NCBI GenBank assembly: GCA_048885865.1
Contig: JBHLLF010000033.1
Span: 1-27,712 of the forward strand
Length of the DNA: 27,712 bases
Reading direction: 5' to 3'
Source: Candidatus Hermodarchaeota archaeon
GTDB lineage: Archaea > Asgardarchaeota > Thorarchaeia > Thorarchaeales > Thorarchaeaceae
The translations under genes and the position numbers were made by a program. Positions 1-7,470 of this stretch are shown in pieces; position 1 is the stretch's first letter; every line of letters starts with the position of its first letter. A model generated the notes under the pieces. That model ran no database searches. It was not told where the DNA came from and worked only from the letters and a program-made list of their open reading frames with translations.

Positions 1-204
1 TATCGACTGAACTTCTTCGGTCGTCTTTGGGAGGACAACTGCATCAGGTCTTGTGCCGAACCTAGAGGGTTCTTCTCCTCGTTGAGCGCTCTCAACTTCA
101 AAGCACCACTGGAAGGCATAGGTGTCCAGAATAGCTGGAGCTCTAGTTATGTTAGGTCCTCCAACAACCTGTTCAAGTGCATTGTATACCTTGTCTTCTA
201 GCAT
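1..204 (-). CDS. FAD-binding oxidoreductase (FAD_binding_4, VAO/GlcD family), N-terminal part; truncated by window edge
   Basis: Not in the ORF track. ATG at 204-202 directly abuts the TAG of the upstream gene (TAGATG). Manual translation is open to the edge: MLEDKVYNALEQVVGGPNITRAPAILDTYAFQW...RPDAVVLPKTTEEVQSI, which contains the typical 'PDAVVLPxTTEEV' start of FAD_binding_4 domains. Confidence 0.88.
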   Translation of the reverse strand, partial: MLEDKVYNALEQVVGGPNITRAPAILDTYAFQWCFEVESAQRGEEPSRFGTRPDAVVLPKTTEEVQSI

Positions 205-1476
205 CTAGGCACCTCCCTCCAGACTCTTCAGCACCAATTCTGTGAGGTCATAGTACTCCAATGGACTCTCCCTGTTTCTCAGACTATCTTTGAAATTCGT
301 ACTACAGAAGGGACAGACAGAAACAAGAGCATTAGCACCTGTGCACTCTGCCTCATACACTCGTTCATTGGCTGTCCATAGGGCAAAGTCTGGATAAGCT
401 GACTTGACGCCCGCTCCGGCACCGCAGCAATACGAGTACTCTCGTATCCGTTCCATCTCTATGAGCTCAACACCTGGAATCTGCTTCAGCACATTTCGTG
501 GAGCATCATACACTCCTCCAGCGCCTCGTCGTTCTTGCCTTGGCGGGTCCCAGATATAGACCCGAGAGAGAATCTCAATCTTCTCGCCCTCATATGGTTC
601 ATAAGGTTCAGCCATTCTGCCTAGATGGCATGGATCGTGGTAGGTGACTTTCATCGGGACATCATGTTTGAAATCCAATCTTCCTTCTTCAATAAAGGAC
701 TCCAGCAATTGTGAGATATGGATGACCTCAAAATCAGTTTCAACGAAGCGAGGATATTCAGTTGCTAACATGTTATAGCAACCAGAGCAGCTTGTGATGA
801 TTGACTTCACCCCATGTTCCCTAAAGAGCTCTACATTACTCTTCATTATCTCAATAGCCTTGCTTCGATCACCAACTCGGTAGACAGGACTCCCACAACA
901 GAACTCATCAGAGCCAAGCATTCGGAAATCCTCCTTGGCAGCATTCAACACACGAGCTGTCGATAGAGCAATCTCCTCACGCCGATAAGCTGCGGTGCAA
1001 CCAACAAAATAGATTGTGGAGGAATTCTCATCAATCCTCACCTCATCAGTGAGCCATGAAGGCCTTCTTTCGGCTTCCTCTCCATAGGGATTCTGGTTTC
1101 TATCCACTAGCTCGATGTACTTCTTGTGCTTAGGCATTGGTCCAGCGCCTGATTCCACCGCCTTGGTCCTTAGCTCATGGATGACCTCGTTGGGTTCAAG
1201 GTCATATACCCACTTGCAGGAAACCTCACATCCTCCACAGTTCGTGCACCTATAGAGAACGTCAAGCAAGTCCTGGGAGAACTCAATCCGTCCTTTGTGT
1301 AGAGCGTTTGCCATTATCATTCGCCCCCCTCCCGAATACGCATGGAAGTTGTAGTACTCTATCGACGGGCAGATGTGCGAGAACCTCTTGCTCTTGATCT
1401 GCAGCTGCGGCAGAAATTTGCACTTGGAGCAGCGGACGCAACTGTCCATCATATCCTCGAACTCGCCAAGAGTCAT
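205..1476 (-). CDS. (Fe-S)-binding protein, GlpC/GlcF/HdrD-like: N-terminal 4Fe-4S dicluster plus two CCG domains
   Basis: CVRCSKC...CP and CTNCGGCEVSC cluster motifs. CCG domains: GCTA...FCCG...SCSGC and HDPCHLGR...YCCGAG...CPFC. 4-nt overlap with the upstream gene and a GGAGG RBS. Confidence 0.92.
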   Translation of the reverse strand: MTLGEFEDMMDSCVRCSKCKFLPQLQIKSKRFSHICPSIEYYNFHAYSGGGRMIMANALHKGRIEFSQDLLDVLYRCTNCGGCEVSCKWVYDLEPNEVIHELRTKAVESGAGPMPKHKKYIELVDRNQNPYGEEAERRPSWLTDEVRIDENSSTIYFVGCTAAYRREEIALSTARVLNAAKEDFRMLGSDEFCCGSPVYRVGDRSKAIEIMKSNVELFREHGVKSIITSCSGCYNMLATEYPRFVETDFEVIHISQLLESFIEEGRLDFKHDVPMKVTYHDPCHLGRMAEPYEPYEGEKIEILSRVYIWDPPRQERRGAGGVYDAPRNVLKQIPGVELIEMERIREYSYCCGAGAGVKSAYPDFALWTANERVYEAECTGANALVSVCPFCSTNFKDSLRNRESPLEYYDLTELVLKSLEGGA

Positions 1477-2936
1477 TTCCGCACCTCCTCAAAGCATAGA
1501 TTACCGGGACTCATCACCAGATTAGGATCGAAGATCGATTTCACTTGCTTCATTGCTGAGATGATTTCTGGTGATGAACGTAAATAGACAGACCCAGCGA
1601 TAGCTGGAACTGGCCTGCTGAAGTATGCCCCCTTGTCCATTAGCAGCCTGCTACCATTTTGAAAGAGGGCCTCAGCAGCCTCTAGTTGATTGAGATCTTG
1701 TGAGTCGTAATATATGTCAAAGAAGCAATGCGTGTTCGTGCCTTGAATTGCGGGTTGCAGATAAACACCTATACTATCAGCTGGGAACTTATTCTCTCTT
1801 GTAGCATTAAGAAACTCGGAGTATAGGAAGCTTGTCAAATCGAGTGTGGTGAGAAAGAAGACTTCTTTGCATGCTCCTTTGTATCGGAGCTTCCAATATT
1901 GCTCTGGACAAGGAGCCCCAATCATTTTCTTAACTTCGCCCGCGGGAATATCGTCCAGGCTATAAGTGAGAGTCAGATCATTTGCTGCGGCAATATCCCT
2001 CGAATCCGCCACTCTATAATCAAGCTCTTCATGAGCCATTAATCCTCTCCCAGCGAAGTTAAGAATTAGCGTCCATTTAGGTAGTTTCCGCTCCATTTCT
2101 ATGATCTCTTCGTGCGTTAAATTCAAGGCTGATGACAGGCTTAGAGCGTTCATGATGAAGAGATCGTCAGCAAGCTTTCTGCGAAGCATGGTGTAGGTGA
2201 AATCGAACAGGTCCTCTAGATTCTCAGATGATGCTAGCAAGAGCTGGCTATTCTTCGGCTTATGTTCGCATTTTATTGAAGCCCATGTGACAATTCCTAT
2301 AGTGCCTTGAGACCCCTGGATAATCCTGTATGGATCGAATTGCGAGGGTCCCATTGGGTTCTTTTGAGCCTGTCCAGAAGCCCATTGTTCTTCCAAAGTG
2401 CCTGGGCCAGCAGCTGAACCTGTTCTAAACAAATCGCCATTTCCAAAGACGGTTTCTGTACAAAGGAGAGGGTCTGGAGAGTCCCAATGAAACCGCGGAA
2501 TTGTGATAGGTTCTTGGTCTAGGGCATTAGCTAACACTGACTGCGAAGCCTTGGGTAGTAGAGGCATAAGAGGCTGCAGACCATGTTTGTCTAGTTCATG
2601 TATCAGCTCTTCGAATGTAACTCCCGGTTCAACCGCGGCCATTCGATTCCTGCTGTCAACTCTGAGAATCCTCTTCATTAGTCGAAGGTCGACAACCACA
2701 GTGTCCGCCTTTTCGGCAGATGTTTGGCCTCGTAACCTAGGTAATCCAGAACTAATTGGAATTAGATGCAATCTATGTTCATTTGCCAATTGGACAATCT
2801 GCTGCACTTGTTCAGTTTCAGTAGGATTGACCACGCATGTTGGCTTACCAGAGTATTCGTTCAGTGCAGTTGCGTCTATGACAATATTATCTTCGCCAAC
2901 GATGGCCGTCAATCTGTCTATGATTTTCTTTTCCAA
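1473..2936 (-). CDS. FAD-binding oxidoreductase (VAO/GlcD/p-cresol methylhydroxylase-like family)
   Basis: CVVNPTETEQVQQIV, VVDLRLMKRILRVD, AVEPGVTF, GSQGTIGIVT and C-terminal KSIFDPNLVMSPG are all hallmarks of FAD_binding_4 plus FAD-oxidase_C proteins. TTG start with an upstream GGAGG. Confidence 0.9.
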   Translation of the reverse strand: MEKKIIDRLTAIVGEDNIVIDATALNEYSGKPTCVVNPTETEQVQQIVQLANEHRLHLIPISSGLPRLRGQTSAEKADTVVVDLRLMKRILRVDSRNRMAAVEPGVTFEELIHELDKHGLQPLMPLLPKASQSVLANALDQEPITIPRFHWDSPDPLLCTETVFGNGDLFRTGSAAGPGTLEEQWASGQAQKNPMGPSQFDPYRIIQGSQGTIGIVTWASIKCEHKPKNSQLLLASSENLEDLFDFTYTMLRRKLADDLFIMNALSLSSALNLTHEEIIEMERKLPKWTLILNFAGRGLMAHEELDYRVADSRDIAAANDLTLTYSLDDIPAGEVKKMIGAPCPEQYWKLRYKGACKEVFFLTTLDLTSFLYSEFLNATRENKFPADSIGVYLQPAIQGTNTHCFFDIYYDSQDLNQLEAAEALFQNGSRLLMDKGAYFSRPVPAIAGSVYLRSSPEIISAMKQVKSIFDPNLVMSPGNLCFEEVRK

Positions 2937-2968
2937 TGCTTCTTGGTCCTCCTTGCATTCTCTGTTCT

Positions 2969-3241
2969 CTAACCCCTCTCAAACACAATACCCGTACCGC
3001 CAATAGGATATTGGAAGCTAATTGCTCCCTCATCGCAAACTTGATAACACGCGGCACATTCCAGACATTTCGATTGATAATCATCAGCAATGTATGCTGA
3101 TTTCCCTTTCTTCTTCCATAGATTCATGACACAAATGATTAGGCAGCGACCACAGAGGGTACATTTCTCTTTGTCAATACTGATGAAATCACCTGTGCCA
3201 GGCACTCTCTTCACGAGGTCTTCAACTCTAATCTTCTTCAT
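2969..3241 (-). CDS. 2x[4Fe-4S] ferredoxin, FixX-like
   Basis: CTLCGRCLIIC and CLECAACYQVC motifs. The C-terminal YPIGGTGIVFERG resembles the FixX tail (YPxGGxGV..R.G). ATGA overlap with the upstream flavoprotein. Confidence 0.88.
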   Translation of the reverse strand: MKKIRVEDLVKRVPGTGDFISIDKEKCTLCGRCLIICVMNLWKKKGKSAYIADDYQSKCLECAACYQVCDEGAISFQYPIGGTGIVFERG

Positions 3242-4647
3242 TTGTCCCCCTCCTCATCATATGCAAATGCTTGTGCTATTGCGGTTTCAAGCTCAGGCAT
3301 TGACTCTATGAGCTTCGCAGGGTCTGTCAGAAGATCCATTTTATCGCCAAGTATTGCGGACAGCAGAGGCAGAACCTCCTTCAGAATGAAGGGAGCAGCA
3401 ATCGGAAGATAGTGCTTGATTCTTCTGGCAACTTCCCGTACTCGTTTCGCATGCGGCTGCGACCAATCAATGATTCCTCCAAGTATCTCCATTATCAATG
3501 GTACAAACCAGCTCATGGTCTTCCTTGGACTGAATGGAAGAGCCTTCCAAATGCTGGCAAGCTCAGGACCCGTTTCAAATTCCTCCCCCACACTGGTGGC
3601 CTTCCACTTGGTATCGAACCGAGATAGGAACTCCTTTGATGCATCACCCTCTGCTATCGCCTCAGCTGCTGTTTCTATAGCTGCGCGAGCAGTGATCATA
3701 GCAGGATAGATTCCTTCTGCTTCGAGCGGACATGGGAAGCCGCCAGCATCGCCAATCAATATCACATTGTCAGTGTGTGTATTCTCTGGATAGCCCTGCC
3801 ATGGAAGCAAGTGGGCTTGAAACTCGCGAGGCTTTGCATCGAGAATTCTCATCAAGCGCTGGAAGTATTTCAGGCTAACCACCTGATCCAGATAATGGAG
3901 TGGGTTCTTGTCCCACCATCTCATCCAGTTGCCAAAACCAATATGGAACCCATCGTTGAAGAAGACTTGATACGCTGCAGGAAATGTCGCTGACCACCAC
4001 ACGGCAAGCGCTTCATCTCCCATGATATCATCTATCTTGCCAGGATCTACAGAAAAATCGTACTGGGTTGTCAAAGTGACATTTTCCTGCCTCCATCGTG
4101 ATCTCAGACCACTCTCCCGTGCAACAATTGAAAAAGCTCCATCAGCCCCTATCACAAGCCCCCTATACTTCTCGCCTTTTTCGTCAATTATTCCGATGAC
4201 CTTTCCATTCTCCTTAATGAGCCCGGTGATGAGAGTGGACGTCTTGAGTTCAGCTCCAGCTTGTGTGGCAAATTCAGCGAGCCAAGGGTCAAACTCACTG
4301 CGATACACGTTCATTGTGATGAAACTCTTTGCAGGTTCATATGAGACAGACTCGGTAGGCCGGGTCATGACATAGCCTGCTACAATATTGTCAGAGTTAA
4401 CGAAATAATTGCGAGCAGCCGCGCCTGGTCGCATAGAGGGACAGGCCTCGGGGGTCAATTCTTTCATGATATCAAAGTCAAGCCACATCCGAGGTCCCAA
4501 GCCACAGCCAGATGAGTTCTTTTCCCCTGGTCGCCTTCCTCTTTCGAAGAATATGGTCTTGAGGCCCTTCTCAGCGGCTTCTTTCGCCGCTATCGATCCT
4601 CCAGGCCCTGCTCCAACAATGACCACGTCGTAGTCGTGTACTGCCAC
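3238..4647 (-). CDS. FAD-dependent oxidoreductase, FixC / geranylgeranyl reductase family
   Basis: YDVVIVGAGPGG Rossmann motif, GEKNSSG, RSEFDPWLA, VIGADG and GDAGGFPCPLEAEGIYPAM. I moved the start from the track's 4686 to the in-frame GTG at 4647, which follows a GGGTGA RBS and avoids overlap with padR. Confidence 0.87.
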   Translation of the reverse strand: MAVHDYDVVIVGAGPGGSIAAKEAAEKGLKTIFFERGRRPGEKNSSGCGLGPRMWLDFDIMKELTPEACPSMRPGAAARNYFVNSDNIVAGYVMTRPTESVSYEPAKSFITMNVYRSEFDPWLAEFATQAGAELKTSTLITGLIKENGKVIGIIDEKGEKYRGLVIGADGAFSIVARESGLRSRWRQENVTLTTQYDFSVDPGKIDDIMGDEALAVWWSATFPAAYQVFFNDGFHIGFGNWMRWWDKNPLHYLDQVVSLKYFQRLMRILDAKPREFQAHLLPWQGYPENTHTDNVILIGDAGGFPCPLEAEGIYPAMITARAAIETAAEAIAEGDASKEFLSRFDTKWKATSVGEEFETGPELASIWKALPFSPRKTMSWFVPLIMEILGGIIDWSQPHAKRVREVARRIKHYLPIAAPFILKEVLPLLSAILGDKMDLLTDPAKLIESMPELETAIAQAFAYDEEGDK

Positions 4648-4651
4648 AATC

Positions 4652-5167
4652 TCACCCTCTTCTCTTATCTCGACTCTCACCCTCAATCGATTGCAGTTCC
4701 TTTCTAATCACCTTCAGCTTGTCTAAGAGAACTCTTTTTCTTAGTTCGAGGAGTCCCCTCTGAACCTCGAGATCGGGAATGATTCTAATCGCCTCAATGA
4801 TTGTTTTCTCAGGAATAATGTCGTCAATCCCCAATTCCTGCAAGTTAACCAATAAATCCATCATGAACTCAGCGGGAAGCTTCTTCGCCGCCACAGTCAT
4901 GAACTGATAATTGAATAGCACATACTCTTTTACAAAATCCCTTGTATCTCGAACATAATCCAGACCCTCATTGGTAAGTCCGTAGTATGTCGTTTCTCCT
5001 ATCGTCTCTTCTTCGATGAATCCCTTTTTCACGAGTGTCTTGAGCGCTGGATAGAGTGTTCCGGTCTTCGGAACCCAAATGCCTTCAAAGGTATCACGGA
5101 GATTCGTCAGAATTTCGTATCCGTACTTTGGTCCTTCAAGGAGTTGAATGAAAATTAAGAGCTGCAT
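4652..5167 (-). CDS. PadR-family transcriptional regulator
   Basis: LLEGPKYGYEIL...GTLYPALKTLVKKGFI...YYGLTNEG is the PadR winged-helix signature, followed by a C-terminal helical dimerisation region. Confidence 0.93.
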   Translation of the reverse strand: MQLLIFIQLLEGPKYGYEILTNLRDTFEGIWVPKTGTLYPALKTLVKKGFIEEETIGETTYYGLTNEGLDYVRDTRDFVKEYVLFNYQFMTVAAKKLPAEFMMDLLVNLQELGIDDIIPEKTIIEAIRIIPDLEVQRGLLELRKRVLLDKLKVIRKELQSIEGESRDKRRG

Positions 5168-5230
5168 TGGCGTGAGCTTGCCGCCAGTAGGTAGGAACGG
5201 TCTGATGCTGATCCTTCAACACCCCAATAG

Positions 5231-5268
5231 GTAGAGTCCTACTACGTAGAATTCTACGTAGATATAAG
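5231..5268 (-). promoter_or_regulatory. Putative PadR operator (perfect 20-bp palindrome plus a degenerate second box) next to a TATA-like box
   Basis: CTACGTAGAATTCTACGTAG at 5242-5261 is its own reverse complement. A related box GTAGAGTCCTAC lies at 5231-5242. The minus-strand TATA-like CTTATATC (5268-5261) is immediately upstream. Confidence 0.7.
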
Positions 5269-5295
5269 TATGTCGAGTGTGAGTTTCAAGTCACT

Positions 5296-6492
5296 TCATT
5301 GCCTGTCCTTTGATTTGGGATTCCCTCTCACGAATTCCATCAGCTTGTTCTTGACATAATAGAAAAAAGGCATTTGCACTTTAGAATCACCCGGAGGGAT
5401 TTCTTGTTCAAGCCTGCGCGCAGGCAACATTTCTTCCATCTCCAATTCATCAGCCCTAACGCTTGGTGCATTAGGAACAATTACTAAGATGGCAATTGCT
5501 CCGACAACTAGAACAGAGGGTATTGGAATAGCAAATAACTCTCCAGTGTCAGGATTCAATGCAGCCAGCAAGTAATACAAGAGAGGCGCCAGAATGCTCA
5601 GAATCCCAAGCTGAACAACTCGCCTGCGATGAATCATCCCACGAAGATATCGCAGAACAAAGAACGCAAACACTATCTGAAATGCACTTACTACGAGGAA
5701 ATTTAGAAAATCAAATACCGAGAGTATGTCAAAAGAAATCTCCATCCAGTCATTCACATTTCCGGGAGCTGGAGTGTCTCTGATTGTCTGAGAAATGACG
5801 TACAACGGTGCATCAATGCGTTGAGTTATGGTGTCAGAATCCCAGATTTGAACAATTGAAGCGACAGGGAGTAGACAAACCATAAGGCCCCAGAGGCAAC
5901 CTGAAACTGAGTATTTGCTTGGCCAGGGGATTTGTCTTCCGGAGGTTTCTTTTTCCCTAAAACCACGCTCTGCTCCCCATAAGGAGGCTTCCTGAGAAAA
6001 GATTGGTATGATGATGAAGACGACGATGGTTAGTGTTCCGAAATTCATCAATGCCGAAGAAGGATATGACTGAAAAATCATATAGAGTTCAGGAGGCAGA
6101 AACTGGTTAACAAGATATGAAGTGAGAATGATTATAGCGAATATAGTCGCCAGGCTAAGATCTAATATTGGCGCATCAGCTCGTCGGTTTCCTATTCTTC
6201 GAATAAGATACATGGATGAGATAACTATGACAATGGCGGCGAGTAGAGTGATTGGTTCAATTAGTCTAGTCGTCGATGACCACATGCCCAATTCCCCAGC
6301 TGTCTGCCATCTTTGAAGATATATGAATACTGAGGTCATTCTATATAATGAGGAAGGCGGCTCTGTAACATATTCCTCAAGCAAGTAAATCTCTGAGGGA
6401 ATTACGAGGAGGATGCAGAATGCAAAAGCGAGCTTCAGCAAAGATAGAAATCTCATTGGACCTCGCACTAGTGGCCTCCTTCGAGTATCCAT
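5296..6492 (-). CDS. Uncharacterised multi-pass membrane protein (paralog of 20746..21852)
   Basis: 398-aa ORF with about 8 hydrophobic segments and a GGAGAGG RBS-like site before the ATG. It shares motifs with the ORF at 20746. Confidence 0.8.
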   Translation of the reverse strand: MDTRRRPLVRGPMRFLSLLKLAFAFCILLVIPSEIYLLEEYVTEPPSSLYRMTSVFIYLQRWQTAGELGMWSSTTRLIEPITLLAAIVIVISSMYLIRRIGNRRADAPILDLSLATIFAIIILTSYLVNQFLPPELYMIFQSYPSSALMNFGTLTIVVFIIIPIFSQEASLWGAERGFREKETSGRQIPWPSKYSVSGCLWGLMVCLLPVASIVQIWDSDTITQRIDAPLYVISQTIRDTPAPGNVNDWMEISFDILSVFDFLNFLVVSAFQIVFAFFVLRYLRGMIHRRRVVQLGILSILAPLLYYLLAALNPDTGELFAIPIPSVLVVGAIAILVIVPNAPSVRADELEMEEMLPARRLEQEIPPGDSKVQMPFFYYVKNKLMEFVRGNPKSKDRQ

Positions 6493-6626
6493 AATTTGCC
6501 TCTCCTGATAACAGGAAACGAAAGACAGTCATATAACCGCGATTCGTGAATAAAGCAATCGGTCTTCGAAGCTACGCCATTCAATTCGAAGCCTTTAACT
6601 TGTAAGCTGTAATCCCCTAAATGTAG

Positions 6627-7292
6627 GTGATGCGTGTGGATGTTGACAAATCCCTTAACTGCAATGAACTGAGGGAATGCGACGTTGTCGACTCAACTGG
6701 CAAGAAGATCGGCAAGATAGGCGATATGACCTTCACCTTTGACGGCAATCTCAATCTTGCACAATTCGTGCTGCGTGGGTCTGCCTGGGAGGAGTTCCTG
6801 GAGTCGATTGGTGCTAGGCCAGACAAGGATCCATTGTTTGATGCGTCTCTCATCCGCAGAATTGGTGACAAGGTCCAATTAGCTACTAACGTGAATAGCT
6901 TGAAGACTACTCTTGATGAGGGAGCTATCACCGAGGCGGAGATTCGTTGGTCTGAGCTGAAAGACAAGTATATTGTAGACAAAGATGAAGTAGGTGTAGG
7001 GAAAGCTGTTGACATTGACTTCGACATAGATGGAACAGCTTCCTTGACGGTGGGCGGAGGCATCATAGAAGAAACCTTGGAGTCCATTGGTCTCAAGGCC
7101 GATGTTGACATAATAGTTCCAGCTGAAACTATCGAGTCGATGGGCGACAAGATCAAGCTGAAGGTCTCCAAGAATGAGCTTAAGCTAACCATGGACAAAG
7201 CGCTTGAGAATATGGAGGTCAAGAAGTCCAGAGATGATATTGCAACTCAAAGCGCTGTCGCGAAAGTCCGTCTGTTTCGAAAGCTAAGGTAG
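6627..7292 (+). CDS. Tandem PRC-barrel domain protein
   Basis: Two internal repeats: ELRECDVVDSTGKKIGKIGDMTF...IRRIGDKVQL and ELKDKYIVDKDEVGVGKAVDIDF...IESMGDKIKL. Both match the PRC-barrel pattern (L.g..V.d..G..iG.v.D ... I..igD.i.v). The true start may be ATG 6630 or GTG 6636, after AGGTGA. Confidence 0.85.
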   Translation: MMRVDVDKSLNCNELRECDVVDSTGKKIGKIGDMTFTFDGNLNLAQFVLRGSAWEEFLESIGARPDKDPLFDASLIRRIGDKVQLATNVNSLKTTLDEGAITEAEIRWSELKDKYIVDKDEVGVGKAVDIDFDIDGTASLTVGGGIIEETLESIGLKADVDIIVPAETIESMGDKIKLKVSKNELKLTMDKALENMEVKKSRDDIATQSAVAKVRLFRKLR

Positions 7293-7470
7293 TTGAAGAA
7301 AGAATTCAAGATTGCATATCCTTCGAAGTGCACCATTCAGATTAGTCTATAATAGGCTAGCGAATCCTCCGGAGGAAGAGGTAGATTTCATTTGAGCCAA
7401 CGACTTTCTAGCCTGCGAAATCACTATCAGAGATATGTGGATCTTTCTGAATGAGCGAGAGAGTTGCCTC

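Noticed and set aside
6617-7222. 201-aa minus-strand ORF
   Set aside because: Ser-rich antisense shadow of the PRC-barrel gene.
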